Shown piece by piece: positions 1 to 13,092 of a DNA stretch of 64,000 nucleotides. Under the pieces are notes generated by a model. That model saw nothing but the letters and a program-made list of their open reading frames with translations, was not told the origin of the DNA and ran no database searches. Location of the stretch: the NCBI GenBank assembly GCA_965112735.1, contig OZ218950.1:1922001-1986000 (forward strand), given 5' to 3'. The translations under genes were made by a program, and so were the position numbers. The stretch's first letter is position 1; each line of letters starts with the position of its first letter. The stretch comes from Phaeosaccion multiseriatum (Eukaryota > Protista > Ochrophyta, other classes).

Positions 1-323
1 AATCACCCTCCCGCTCAGCCGCCTTCCCCCAAGCCCTGGAGTAGCACTCATCACTGGCGGTTGGGAATGGACTTTCACTCCCAAAGATCCCCCCCCGGCG
101 GCTGCTGCTCCTCTCCCTCACGCTTCTCCTGCCCCCTCCCCTCCCTCTCTTGTCCCCGCCTCCCTTGCCCCTGGAGGCTGCTGCCCAACGCTCATCGGCT
201 GCCCTCTTTTCTCTGAAATGTAAAGATCGATGACAGCGATGTAAGTCGAACACATGTCAACAAAATCCGATCTGAAACTCAAACTGGCGTAACTGTGGCT
301 CAACTTGTCCTTGCTCAAGGAAC

Positions 324-1282
324 ATGGCTGCAGGGGGGTGCGCGACGGGGGGGGGGCTGAGCCATACAGATCAGAAGGAGGAGCGGCAGAAGCAGCCGGC
401 TGAGGGTGCTCCGTCGAGTGCGTCTTCTCGTGTCCTGAGCAGCACGAGGTCTCCCGCCCCATCCACCCGTGCTACTCGTGTCAGGGCGATGCTTGGCACG
501 GGCCTCTCCTCCGACGTCCCCAGAGCCGTGGACGAGCGTGCTACTCTGAAGATCGACGAGGTTTTCCTGCCGCAGAGTGTCCGCGAGGGGCCGCCGGAGA
601 AAGGCAGGGGGTCGAAGAACAAGGTGTTCGATCTCAAAGGCGCGCTTGCTAAAGGCATGGGCATTCGACCTTGGAGGCTTGCAACAACGCACAAGGTATG
701 ATTTAGCATTGGCCTCGTGGTGTTCTCTCGAGTCAGCGTCCGCTTTTCCCGCAAGTTGTTGTATTGTGGTGTCCTCCACTGACCTATTCTCCCCCCACCC
801 ACCCACACCCCTGTACCTACCTAATACAGGCGGCATTGAAGCCCTATACCACAATGAAGCAGGAGAAGGACAAAAGGGACTACGTTGCTGTGCAGAGCGT
901 GGGTCACGGGTCGAATTACGGTCGCCATAGACGCCCTCATCCTCCCGCCTCCTCTGCTCGGCACCACCACCATGGCAATCACAATCGGGCGCGAAAAAAC
1001 AGAGGGCACTCGAGAGACAGCCGACGATCCAGGGCGTCATCTGCAGGGGGAGTGGTAGCTGTGAGAGGCGCAGTGGGAGAAGGAGGGGCGAAGAAAGTAG
1101 AGGACGCTGAAGAGAAGAAGCAGCGGCGGCCGGAGACGGCTGACAAGGAAGAGGGTGAGCAGGAGGTACCACTGGAGCAGAAGGCTTCAGTGAGCACAGA
1201 AGCACAAATGGAGGGTGATGACGAGAGGAGCATTGGAAAGGAGTTGAGCGACAGCGAAACGGAGGAGCAAGAAAGCAGCAGC

Positions 1283-1346
<64 letters not shown>

Positions 1347-3969
1347 ATGAGGATGATGAGGAAGATGAGGAAGATGACGAAGATGACGAAGATGAAGAGG
1401 ACTATGCGTTGTCTAGTGCCAACCGCGATAGCAATACCCAAATCGACTGCGAGGCCGATGAAGGACGTGGTGCGGAGGGAGACGACGACCCAAGCACGGT
1501 GTCAGCAGGGGAAGGCGCCATTCGGGAGGGCGGGCGTGAAGTTGACGAGGAGGGGCCAGTCGAGTCTTTGGGAGAGGGAGAATATGCCTCTCCCTCACTC
1601 GGGACTCAAGAGATAGTGATTGTGGGAGGAGGAGGAGGAGGAGAAGGACGAGACGGAGGAGGAGGAGAGAGAGAAGGAGGAGGAGGAGGAGGAGCGAGAG
1701 AAGAAGGAGGAGGAGGGGGAGGAGGGTTGGCAGGAGGAAGAAGAGAAGGAGAGGGAGGGGGAGAAGAAGAAGGAGGAGGAGGAAGAGGAGGAGGAGAAGG
1801 AGGAGGAGGAGGAAGAGGAGGAGGAGGAGGAGGAGGAGGAGGAGGAGGAGGAGGAGGAGGAGGAGGAGGAGGAGGAGTAGGAGTAGGAGTAGGAGTAGGA
1901 GGAGGAGGATGCGGAGGAAGAGAAGGAGAGGGAGAAGGAGGAAAGCCGGGGGGAAGACACGGCGACGAGATGATCGCAGGCGCGGAGGCTAGCAAACCGA
2001 AAGACAAGAAGGAAGAGCCGGGAAGAGGAAGGGGAGAGAGAAGTGGGAAGGGGGGCCACGCTCCCGGACGAAAGAGCAGTGACGGTGGTGGGAAGCGAGA
2101 ATGTGCTGTGCCTGTTGAAACAGCTCTCCCCGTGCTGGTACTCCCGGTTGACGGGCAGGGGGGGCGCAAATCTGACCCTCTGGACCAGACTCGGGAGAAG
2201 CAACCGCAACGGCAGAAGCAGCAGAAGCAGCAACCGTCAGTGATATCGCAGTCCGCTGATCAGCAGAAGCACCGGCAGCAACACGAGCAGCAGCAGCAGT
2301 TGGCTATAGAGGAGGAGGAACTGCAGCAGCAGCAGCAGCAGCAGCAGAAGAAGAAGAAGCAGCAGGCCTTCCGGCGAGAGTTCCCAGCCTTCGACATCGA
2401 CAGCGAGTTGCAATGTCGAGTCATGAGCTGCGTCTCGGCCCGTATGCTTGACTGTGTGCGAAGCAGCTTCAAAAACGCGGGTGGACGGCTTCATAAGAAT
2501 GACTTTGTCGAGGCAGTGTGGCTTGCTTACATGCGAGAACAGCAGCTAGGGGCGATTGAGAAGGTCGAGCTCGAGCAATTGGAGGTGCGGAGGAGGAGGG
2601 AGAAGATCGCGGAGCAGCTGCGCCCCCCGCCGCTTGTGCTATCCCCCCGGGGCGTGGCTAGCGAAGGAGGAGAAGAGGTGCGGGCGGGTGGTGATGGCGG
2701 CGCAGCAGTGCCGGTGGCACTACGAGCGGGGGCAGATACGGCAGCAGCGCGACAAAACAACACGGAAGGAGAAGATCTGGGGGGGTGCGTCGGAGGAGGA
2801 GGAGGAGGAGGAGGAGGAGGAGAAGCAGATGGTGCGGTGTGTGTCCAGGACCAGGAGGAGCAGCAGCAGCAGTTGATGGTACGGCAGCACCACACGCAGA
2901 CTGAGAAGAAGAAGAGCAAGAGCGCACTCATCCCTGCCGGTAGGGGCAGCTACCGGAGGCGAAGAACGGCCAGTAGCAGCAGCAGCAGCAGCAGCAGTCA
3001 AAGAGAGTCGAGCACAGTGTCGCTGAAGCACTTGTTATCCCCGCCGTCGCCAGAAGAAGCAGGCCTGCTCTCCCTGGCGGAGCTGCTCTTTGACGCCATC
3101 AGTGTGCGTCACAGTCTCACAGCATGCTGGACAGACCTCACCTCCTTCCTCCTCTTCGATATGGGTGATGATATGGGCTTTATGGCATGGGGTGACAAGA
3201 GTGCGGCTCGGACGTACTCCAAAGTGGGGGAGAATGTTATACCCAAGGCAAGTGGCAAGTGATGCATGGCTCTGAGATGATGGTTACAGAAAACACACGT
3301 GTCACATAAGTGGCACAGCAACACGAGAGGAAGCCCATACGCAGGCATCTCTCCCTCTCTCTTGCTCTGTCTCTCTGTCTCTCTGTCTCTCTGTCTCTCT
3401 GTCTCTCTGTCTCTCTGTCTCTCTGTCTCTCTCTCACTCAGACACTCAGACATTCACGCACACACACTATCTCTCTCTCTCTCACACACACACCCACATA
3501 CACACACCGCACACCCGTGTGCTATCCTCCTCCATTCCTCCTCTCCCCAGGTGGTGGCGATCGAAAGCTTGTCATCCTTCACTATTCAGCGCCAAGGTCG
3601 ACGCGTGTGCCTGGTATCTGTCATACCAAGGAAGTCAAAAGTGTTCATCGTGACCAGCCATGAAGGCCTTGCTACCCCGGCGAAGCACACCGAACTCAAG
3701 GCCCACACCGGCGAGGTTACGAGCGTGGTCTTCCTTCCACAGTTCGGCATACTTGTGTCCACGGGGCTGGACATGCAGTTGTTGACTTGGGAGGTGAGCG
3801 TGACCGCTCCTAACGTGACGAGCAGTTCGAAGCGTGGTGGTAAAGTACCCACCGATGTAACGGTCGTGCCAGCGCGGCGAAGGGGGGTGTCGAAGGAGAT
3901 TCTCTTGCGCTTGGAGTGGATTGGAGACTGGGAAGACAGGGAAGCAGCCGCAGCTGCTACCGATGCTGC

Positions 3970-4003
<34 letters not shown>

Positions 4004-4318
4004 TCTGCTGGTGATGTGACGTCGACTGATTCTTATAGGGGCGCGGGGGGAGGAGGGAATGCTGCCAGCAATGCTGCGAAAGGCAGGGGTGGAAACGCTT
4101 CTCTTCGCAAGCAGCAGGGGCAGCGGGAGCAGGGACGGGGGTCAGGAGCTCATCCCACCCCTAAGGGAACAGCAAAAGGAAGAGCAGGAGGAGACGCTAT
4201 AGGACCAGTGACAACGAACGAAAGAGGAAGGAGTGTCAGCGGAGCAGTAGAGCGCGAGGAGGGAGGAGGACCGACGGCGGCGGCGGCCGCATCAACCGCA
4301 TCATCCACACTTCCGAAT

Positions 4319-4356
<38 letters not shown>

Positions 4357-7300
4357 TAACAGCAACAGTAACGGCTTCATTACCAACGCCGCAGGAGACG
4401 AGGGCGAAGACGGTATGTTCACAGGCCCTCGCCTACTGGGCTTTGGCATCTCGGGCATCATTTACATTTGGAAAGTCACGGCCTCCAACCTGGTGTGCCA
4501 CGCTCGACTCACGGGGCACACGGCACCGGTGTTGGCGCTCTGCACGATTGCTTCCAACTCCACCCTGGCGACGGCGGGGATGGATGAGTCTATTCGGGTG
4601 TGGGATGCACGTTACGAGCGGTGCAAGCGGGTCATGAAGGGCCATCGGAGAGGGGTGTCTTGCCTGAGTTATAGCGGCGCTACGAGGGTACTCGTCTCGG
4701 GAGGCTTCGACCACACCATCAAGGTGAGTATGTTGGTGATACAGAGGGAGTTTCAGCATAAGAGCCCTTTGCCGCCCCCCGGGGGGACAGACGGCCTTGT
4801 CTGCAGACTGTGGTGGATAGAAACCTCTACGTCCTCGTTGGTGCCCCCGTCGATCGAAGAAGATCGAGGGAGGCTTGCTACTGCACTTTAGAGGGAGGGA
4901 GGGCAGGCAGGCCCAAACTCAAACTCAAACTCAACCCCCCCCGGTCCCCCCCCCCGGGTCCTTATGCATATGTAGGTATGGAGTCCGGTTGTGGGACAGC
5001 TGATCGTCACTCTGCAAGGCCACGCCTGCCCCGTATTGGGCATCCACTGCAACGCGCGGAACCCCAATGAGCTGCTGGGCATGTCTTCCGACGGCATCAT
5101 CAAACTGTGGGATCTGCGCACCTTCAAACCACACCAGACCCTCAAGTGTCACCAAAGCGGCCGAGGAGGAGGGAAGCAGCAGGGAGGAGGAGGAGGAGGA
5201 GGAGGAGGAGGAGGAGGAGGAGGAAGAAGAGGAGGAGGAGGAGGAGGAGGAGGAGGAGAAGGAGGGGGAGGAGGAGGAGGAGGAGGAGGAGGAGGAGGAA
5301 GAAGAGGAGGAGGAGGGGAGCAGAACAAGGGCGGCGGGAGGCAGGGAGGCGGAAGAGAGGGCGGTGCGGGGCTATCGGCGTCGGATCGGAGGCCTCACGT
5401 GCAGTGTATGAACGTGCTTGAAGGGGAACAAAACGTGCTCATCGTCGCCAGAGGAGCGACGGTTGTGCAGTACGCCAACTACACAGGCAAGAGTGTGTGT
5501 GTGCGCGCGCGCGTGTGTGTGTGTGTGTGCATGTGTGTGCACGTGTGTGTTTGTGTGTGTCTGTGTATGTGAGTATGTTTATTGTATGTGTGCACGTGTG
5601 TTTGTGTGTTTGTGTGTGTTCGTGTGTGTATGAAGTGTGTGTGTGTGAAATGTGTGTGTGCGTGAAATCTGGTTGCATCTTCTTTTGCCAAAAAGTCGAC
5701 ACCTCTCGTCACATAACATGACCTCCTCTCACCCCCTCCTCCTCTTCCTCCTCCTCCTCCTCCTCCTCCTCCTCCTCCTCCTCCTCCTCCTCCTCCTCCT
5801 CCTCCTCCTCCTCCTCCTCCTCCTCCTCCTCCTCCTCCTCCTCCTCCTCCTCCTCCTCCTCCTCCTCCTCCTCCTCCTCCTCCTCCTCCTCCTCCTCCTC
5901 CTCCTCCTCCTCCTCCTCCTCCTCCTCCTCCTCCTCCTCCTCCTCCTCCTCCTCCTCCTCCTCCTCCTCCTCCTCCTCCTCCTCCTCCTCCTCCTCCTCC
6001 TCCTCCTCCTCCTCCTCCTCCTCCTCCTCCTCCTCCTCCTCCTCCTCCTCCTCCTCCTCCTCCTCCTCCTCCTCCTCCTCCTCCTCCTCCTCCTCCTCCT
6101 CCTCCTCCTCCTCCTCCTCCTCCTCCTCCTCCTCCTCCTCCTCCTCCTCCTCCTCCTCCTCCTCCTCCTCCTCCTCCTCCTCCTCCTCCTCCTCCTCCTC
6201 CTCCTCCTCCTCCTCCTCCTCCTCCTCCTCCTCCTCCTCCTCCTCCTCCTCCTCCTCCTCCTCCTCCTCCTCCTCCTCCTCCTCCTCCTCCTCCTCCTCC
6301 TCCTCCTCCTCCTCCTCCTCCTCCTCCTCCTCCTCCTCCTCCTCCTCCTCCTCCTCCTCCTCCTCCTCCTCCTCCTCCTCCTCCTCCTCCTCCTCCTCCT
6401 CCTCCTCCTTCTCCTCCTCCTCCTCCTCCTCCTCCTCCTCCTCCTCCAGGTCTAGAGAAGCACTTGACAGACGTCAAGCTCACAGTTGGCGCGACATACC
6501 ATCGGCCCTCCGCAACCATCGCCACTGTCGCTGGGAGAACGGTCAAGCTCTGGAGCACTCGAACGGGTAAGCTCGTTCGGAGTTTCCCCGTGGCCGTGCG
6601 TTCGTCTGCTGGCGGCGTGTATGGGGAGCACGATGAAGATGACGATGACGATGTGCGTGAGGATGATGGTGTAGGAGACAACGATGATGGTGATGATAGC
6701 GAGGACGCCAACCCCCGAGCGTCAACTGCGCGAATGTCGAAAAGGTCCCTCTCCACAGCTGCGTCCCGAGGAAGAGGAGGAGGAGGAGGTTCGGCAGTTG
6801 GTGCTTCAACAAGCGTCGCCAAATACGAGGATGACGGAGGGGAGGTTTCCGAGGCGAGTGCTTCGTGTATGGACGCCTCAGGTAGGCTGTTAGTGGTGGG
6901 TATGTCCAATGGGCAAATGCAAATCATGCGCTACCTTAATGGGCATCTCGTCACCCAAGCACAGGGCTTGGATGGGCAAGTCCTCACGGTCGCACCTCTT
7001 AGCATCAGGGGCGCAGGTGGAGGTGGGAGCGGGAGTGGGAGGGTAGGAGAGGCGAGGCGGAGCGGCAGGGGGGATGGCGGCCACACGGCATGTGCCAGGG
7101 ACTACCCTTCGCTGCTCGTGAGCTGCAGCTGCAAGGGGCACCTCATGATCCAGAACCTTCAGCACAGTGCCTCTTCCTCTTCCTCTTCCTCCTCTTCCTC
7201 CTCCTTCTCCGAGGCTGGGCACCAACTAGGGGGGAAGATGACGTCTGATGGGGACGCATCCGGAGGAGGAGGAGGAGGAGGAGGGGGAGGAGGAGGAGGA

Positions 7301-10300
7301 GGGTGGGTGCTGGCGGAGGCCCATGTGGCCAAAGAGAAGCGGCGCCTGGAGTTTCTAGAATGGGTCACTTCTTGCACAGTAGGGGGCACTGATGCCTTTA
7401 CCACTCAGCTCAAGGGCATCCTAAAGGTCAAGCGAACGCTCTGGGGCAAGCTTAATGTCAAGCGGACGGCAGTCAACGGAAAAGGGAACAGCAGAGAGGA
7501 GGGGGAGGAGGAAGAAGAGGCCAAGGAGAAGGAGCTGGGGGGGGTAAACGGGGGAGGAGGAGGTGGTGGTGGTTGTGGTGGTGGAGGGGGCAGTATTGCT
7601 GAAGGCAATGAGGAAGAAGACGGCAGTGCCAACAAGAACCCACTCTTGGGGTCTTCGGCGGAGCGGCTCGTGTGGCAGCAGGCAGAGGCTACTCCTCCTA
7701 TCGCTACCGCCACCACTGTCACTGCCACCAGCGCTAGCACTACTACTACTCCTCCTCCTCCTACTAGTAGTATTACTACCACTACTACAATTGGCGGTAA
7801 CGAGGGCAGCAGCTACGGCGAGAGAAGCGACTCGCATGGCTCCTCGGCGACTGTTGTTCTTCAAGGAGGGGGTGAGGGTGGCGGTAATAGGTTGGAGACC
7901 GTCAGCGACGCAGGGGCGGAAATGGGTGGTACCAGCATCGGTAGTCATATGGGAAGCAAGATTGGGAGCGTCAGTTATATGGGCAACCTCAGTCATATCG
8001 GCCGTGGATCATCGACCCGGGTCCGTTCGGGGGCGAAGAGCCTCAGTCCGTGTCGAAGCACTAGCACCAACAGCTTGGGCTTTGGCGTTGGCTCCTCTAA
8101 AGGGGAGGGGCTGGAACGGGAGAGGGGGGGTTCCGTTGTGACTTTCGACGCATCCATTATCACTGCTGGCGAGGAGGAGGAGGAGGAGGAGGAGGAGGAG
8201 GAGGAAAGGGAGGGGAAGCGTAAGGTGGAGGGGGAGTGGAGGGGAGGACTGCCCAAGCGGAAGCGTGCAGCCACCATGCTGCCACTCCGACAGAGGACCA
8301 ATCATGGTACGAGAGGCAGGAGTGGAAGGAGTAGCCGAGAAGGACGGGAGGAGCAGGAGCAGTCATACCGGCAAGAAGGGCATACGAAAACAGAGAAAAA
8401 AGAGGGAGGAGGAGGAGGAGGAGGAGGAGGAGGAGGAGGAGGAGGAGGAGGAGGAGGAGGAGGAGGAGGAGGAGGAGGAGGAGGAGGAGGAGGAGGAGGA
8501 GGAGGAGGAGGAGGAGGAGAGAGACCCCCCCACCACTCGCGCTCTTCAAGAGGCGCTTTGGAGCCCAGTCCAAGAGCAGAGGGAAGGGGCAGACAAAGGG
8601 TGGGTGGAGGGGGAGGAGGAGGAGAATCGTCTGTCACTGGGGTCAGGCCTGGGGGGCGGGCGGGGTCGGAGCGGGCGAGGTCTGAGCCCAACCTTGTGAA
8701 TAGGGGAAGAAACAGCACCAACAACCGCAGCGGCAGCAGCAGTCGTATGGGCAGGGGCAGCAGCACTAATATGGGCAGCAACAGCAGCGAAGGTGGTGCA
8801 ATGGAGGACCTAGGTGTGTCCTGTATGGCGGTGAGTGCAAGCCTGCTGCTAGTAGCGACGGCGAGCCTAGACGGAGGCATTGTAATCTGGGACGTCGCCA
8901 ATCCGGTGCACTTTCGGGCCGTGCGAGTGCTGGAGGCGCATCAGGGCTACCTGGTGTCTGCACTCGTCTTTCTCGAGCCCTTCCCCGTTCTGGCGTCGTG
9001 CGATCAGGATGGAAGAGTTGTGCTATGGCAGTTGGGCTCTACTACGCACAGCGGCTCACAGATGGGAACGGCAGCACCGTCGTCGTTCTCCTCCTCGTCA
9101 GCCTCAACGGAGCCAAAACAGCAGCAACAGCAGCAGAAGCAGCAGTTGGCAACACAGCAGAGGAAGTGGGAGTGTCTTTGTATATTCTTCAATCGAAAGT
9201 CGCCAGTTGTACCCGGTGACGTCACCCTCTGTGCTGTGACCGGGGCGGTGTGGAGCCCTCGAGACCGACTGCTGGTCATTGGTGACATTGACGGGAAGCT
9301 CAGGGGGGTAGATGTGTCGTTGGCGTGCGAGAGAGCCGCCACTGCCGGACAAATAGGAGCTGCTACTGCTGCTGCTCCTTCTTTTGGCGGCGGTAGCAGT
9401 CGTAGCAGCGGGGGTAGGAGCAGCAGCAGTGGCAGCAGTAGAGGATCCATGTTGTCCCCCGGGGGACAGCTCAGCAGAGACGGTAGTGGGATACTCTTTC
9501 CACTGCGTCAGCACCAAGGACGGGGGGAGAGAGGGAGCCAGGCGCTGAGGCAGCCCACTTTCGTGACCAGCACAACCACTGACGTCGACGGCAAGGGCAA
9601 TGTCGATGTCGATATTGAGCCGGCGATGCTGATGGGAGGTGAGTGCAGCGAGCAGATAAGAGACAGAGACGGGGAGAAGGGGAATGTTTTCGCGCCGCTA
9701 CCTGCGTTCGTTGTGCCTTGGTCACTCCTTAGTCGACCTGCGGCTCTGACCTCCCTCTATGCTCCTCCCTCCCTCCTTCTCCCCCCTCCCTCCCTCCCTC
9801 CCTCCCTCCCTCCCTCCCTCCCTCCCTCCCTCCCTCCCTCCCTCCCTCCCTCCCTCCCTCCCTCCCTCCCTCCCTCCCTCCCTCCCTCCCTCCCTCCCTC
9901 CCTCCCTCCCTCCCTCCCTCCCTCCCTCCCTCCCTCCTTCTATCCCTCTATCCCCCCCTCCCTCCCTTCCCCCCTCTCTCCCTACCTCCCTCTCTCCCTC
10001 CTTCTATCCCTCTATCCCCCCCTCCCTCCCTTCCCCCCTCTCTCCCTACCTCCCTCTCTCCCTCCTTCTATCCCTCTATCCCCCCCTCCCTCCCTTCCCC
10101 CCTCCTCCCTCTCTCTGGCTGCAGACAAGCGAGGCAAGGGCCACAATCTGGAGCTCGTTCGCATGGTGAGGGAGTGGGTCCCTTTACCCAAGCGGCACTG
10201 CCAGGTCAGCCACATGTACTCAATCAGTACCGAAGGTGAGTCAGGCTTTGCGGCTGCATCACCAACTGCAACTTCTGCTGCTGTTGTACCGGTAGTGGTG

Positions 10301-12072
10301 AGTGAGTGGCACACACAAGACAAGAGGAAGAGCTACACAGCAACTCACTCCACCCTGCCCTTCTACAAATCACTACACTATTACGAGCAAGCCCTCCCAT
10401 CGAATTGATGACGTGGGCCCCCTTTGAGCTCACTTGAATGGCCGCCCAACCGCTGGCAAAGGGATACACCACCCAGTCTGGGTCTCTCCTCTCCTCCCTC
10501 ACCTATCCTATCCTCTCCTCTCCTCTTCTCTGCTCTCCTCTCCTCTCCTCTCCTTTCCTCTCCTTTCCTCCTCTCCTCTCCTCTCCTCTCCTCTCCTCTC
10601 CTCTCCTTTCCTCTCCTTTCCTCCTCTCCTCTCCTCTCCTCTCCTCTCCTCTCCTCTCCTCTCCTCTCCTCTCCTCTCCTCTCCTCTCCTCTCCTCTCCT
10701 CTCCTCTCCTCTCCTCTCCTCTCCTCTCCTCTCCTCTCCTCTCCTCTCCTCTCCTCTCCTCTCCTCTCCTCTCCTCTCCTCTCCTCTCCTCTCCTCTCCT
10801 CTCCTCTCCTCTCCTCTCCTCTCCTCTCCTCTCCTCTCCTCTTCTCTCCTCTCCTCTCCTCTCCTCTCCTCTCCTCTTCTCTCCTCTCTTCTCCTCTCCT
10901 CTCCTCTCCTCTCCTCTCCTCTCCTCTCCTCTCCTCTCCTCTCCTCTCCTCTCCTCTCCTCTCCTCTCCTCTCCTCTCCTCTCGTTTCCTCTCGTCTCCT
11001 CCTCTCGTCTCCTCTCCTCTCCTCCCCTTCCCTCCCCTGTGCTCTTCTCTCCTCGCCTCTCCTCCCCTCTCCTCTCCCGCTCTCTCCTCTCCTCTCCTCT
11101 CCTCTCCTCTCCTCTCCCTTCTCCTCTCCTCTCCTCGCCTCTCCTCGCCTCTCCTCTCTTCTTCTCTCCTCTCATCCTCCCCTCCTCTCCTCTCCTCTCT
11201 CCTCTCATCCTCCCCTCTTGCCTTTTCGTTTGAATCGTCCTCCCTTCCACCAATCAGGCTTGAAGCTCAACGAAGCTTCTTCGCAAGACGCGAACCCTTT
11301 CTTCATCCCCATACCCCGGTGGCGCGAAGAGGCACAAGACACGGGAGGAGGCGTGAGCACTAACAGGAACACAGGTACCACCACGCCGTCGTCTCAGGAG
11401 GAGGGAAGCCGCCCAAACAGCAGGGAGACCTACTACAGCAACAGCTCCAGCAATGGCGACGGCGGTGACCGTATCACCAACGACAACGGCAAGCAAGGCA
11501 CGACGATCAAAGGACCCTTCTTTGAGTCGAGTGTGATTTGCGTCGTCAACGCCGACCGCAAGGTGCGCGTATACTCGTTCGGAGGGGCGTTGTTAGGCGG
11601 ACTGGAGCAGGACAACGTGGCGACGGATGGGAGTGGGTTGGGGGGCAAGGAGGACAGGTTGGAGGGCTGGCGGTTGAGGGCGGACTGCGACAGCTACCTT
11701 GATACCTACCTGGTACAGGGAGAGGCCAGGGCCAGGGCCACGGCGGAGGGTCACAGGCGGGCGAGAGCGGAGGGGCATCATGAGCAGTTGGTGATACAGC
11801 AGCTGCCACGTGAGACAGTGAGGATCCAATTGCCGTACTCGCTGTATACAAAGGCGGTGGAGCGCAGGGGGAGGAAGGTGCCCATGGTGGAGGGGTGGAG
11901 GAAGAGGAGGGGGGGGTGCGGGGGGGGGGAGTGGTGGAGAGCGGGACGGACTGCTGGCACAGGGTCTCCGGCTAGTGAGGAGGAGGAGGAGGAGGAGGAG
12001 GAGGAGGAGGAGGAGGAGGAGGAGGAGGAGGAGGAGGAGGAGGAAAGGAGGAGGAGGAACAGGAGAGTTTAG
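324..12072 (+). CDS. Large WD40-repeat protein with degenerate N-terminal EF-hand-like region (WDR49-like architecture), many poly-G/E/S/Q insertions
   Basis: Phase-consistent exons: 324-695 (a possible extra exon 230-240 would splice to 320), 830-3223 or 830-3247, 3551-4723, 4976-5486, 6450-9638, 10125-10235, 11258-12072. WD40 motifs: LKAHTGEVTSVVF..LVSTGLDMQLLTWE; LTGHTAPVLAL..LATAGMDESIRVWD; MKGHRRGVSCLSY..LVSGGFDHTIKVW; LQGHACPV..SSDGIIKLWD; ATASLDGGIVIWD; LEAHQGYLVSALVF..ASCDQDGRVVLWQ. Start and last exon are less certain. Confidence 0.8.
5735..6447 (+). repeat. Near-perfect (CCT)n microsatellite of about 710 bp forming the 3' part of an intron
   Basis: Directly visible; ends at the acceptor CAG 6447-6449. 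Confidence 0.97.
9765..10115 (+). repeat. Intronic (CCCT)n-type polypyrimidine microsatellite
   Basis: Directly visible, inside predicted intron 9639-10124. Confidence 0.9.
10505..11215 (+). repeat. Intronic (CTCCT)n pentanucleotide microsatellite, about 700 bp
   Basis: Directly visible, inside predicted intron 10236-11257. Confidence 0.95.
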
Positions 12073-12353
12073 GTAAGGGCTGTTGTCTTACTGTAACTGT
12101 TGCTAACTCAAAAGCACTCCCGCTAAAGCCACAAGTTTTTTCAGTTTACCTTTTCAAAATGGAAATCAAAAAAGTCCCTCTGAGAAGCTTCTGTGCCTAT
12201 CTATCCAATGGAGCAGCGTCTGAAGACTCCGGAGGATCCAACCGTGCTATTTTACTTACTACTCTTCCTTCATCCACAAAGCCACGCCAATAAAACTGAA
12301 GCTGAAACTGAAACTGAACTACCATATTCTGTCAAGCCACATACACACCCCAA

Positions 12354-12458
12354 CCGAGTATCGCGCCTTCCTCGCCAAGGAGGAGGGGCAGGAGGAGGAG
12401 GAGGAGCAGGAGGAGTAGAAGGCGGAGGAGGTATCAGTGCGGTCGGTGGCACGGGTGG
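12354..12458 (+). pseudogene. Inverted duplicate fragment of the last exon of the ELMO-domain gene
   Basis: CCGAGTATCGCGCCTTCCTCGCCAAGGAGGAGG and GGCGGAGGAGGTATCAGTGCGGTCGGTGGC match the reverse complement of 45976-46087. Confidence 0.85.
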
Positions 12459-12960
12459 CACCAGTGGTGATATTTCCCCCCTTTATTTTTTTTGGACACT
12501 TGTAGCAAAATGACGCTGATATATAATATATTATATATATATAAGCGCTATAGCTCTTCGTGTAGCTCTTTGAGATGCCTATCGCCATAGCCTTTCTGCA
12601 AGAGCACTGCCCTTGCCGCTCGACCCCCAAAAAAACGGGCGATTTGGGCGATTCACGCAAATCGAGTGTTAAAAAAAATGAATGTATTATTGATACAAAT
12701 GATGTTGTTAAACCCCTAATCAAAAACTGCCCTCCAAGTGCTACTTACACCAAGAGAGCAGCAGGCGCCCCAACCCGCCTACTGTATGTGTTGTATATAT
12801 TTGGCCTGACACACTTCAATACTTCGAACAAGCTCTACTCACTCATTTGAGTATCAATGGAGTACTCATTCCCCAAAGTCAAAAAGGTAAAAAGAAACAC
12901 CCCGACCACCACAACGCCCCCTCCCGACCCGCCTGCCTCTCTCTGCTATACGGGTATATA

Positions 12961-13011
<51 letters not shown>

Positions 13012-13092
13012 CTCACCAGAACAGGCCCTGACGCCAATCCGTTATACCCTCAATCCGTTGCACTTGGCTGCTTCACTGAGTGGACACTTCGC

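Noticed and set aside
5479-6927. 482-aa poly-Gly ORF (-) and 267-aa poly-Leu ORF (+)
   Set aside because: Artefacts of the stop-free intronic (CCT)n tract.
10381-11363. EERRG / LLSSP repeat ORFs
   Set aside because: Translations of the intronic (CTCCT)n repeat.
12705-12722. Telomere-like AAACCCCTAA
   Set aside because: Single imperfect copy.
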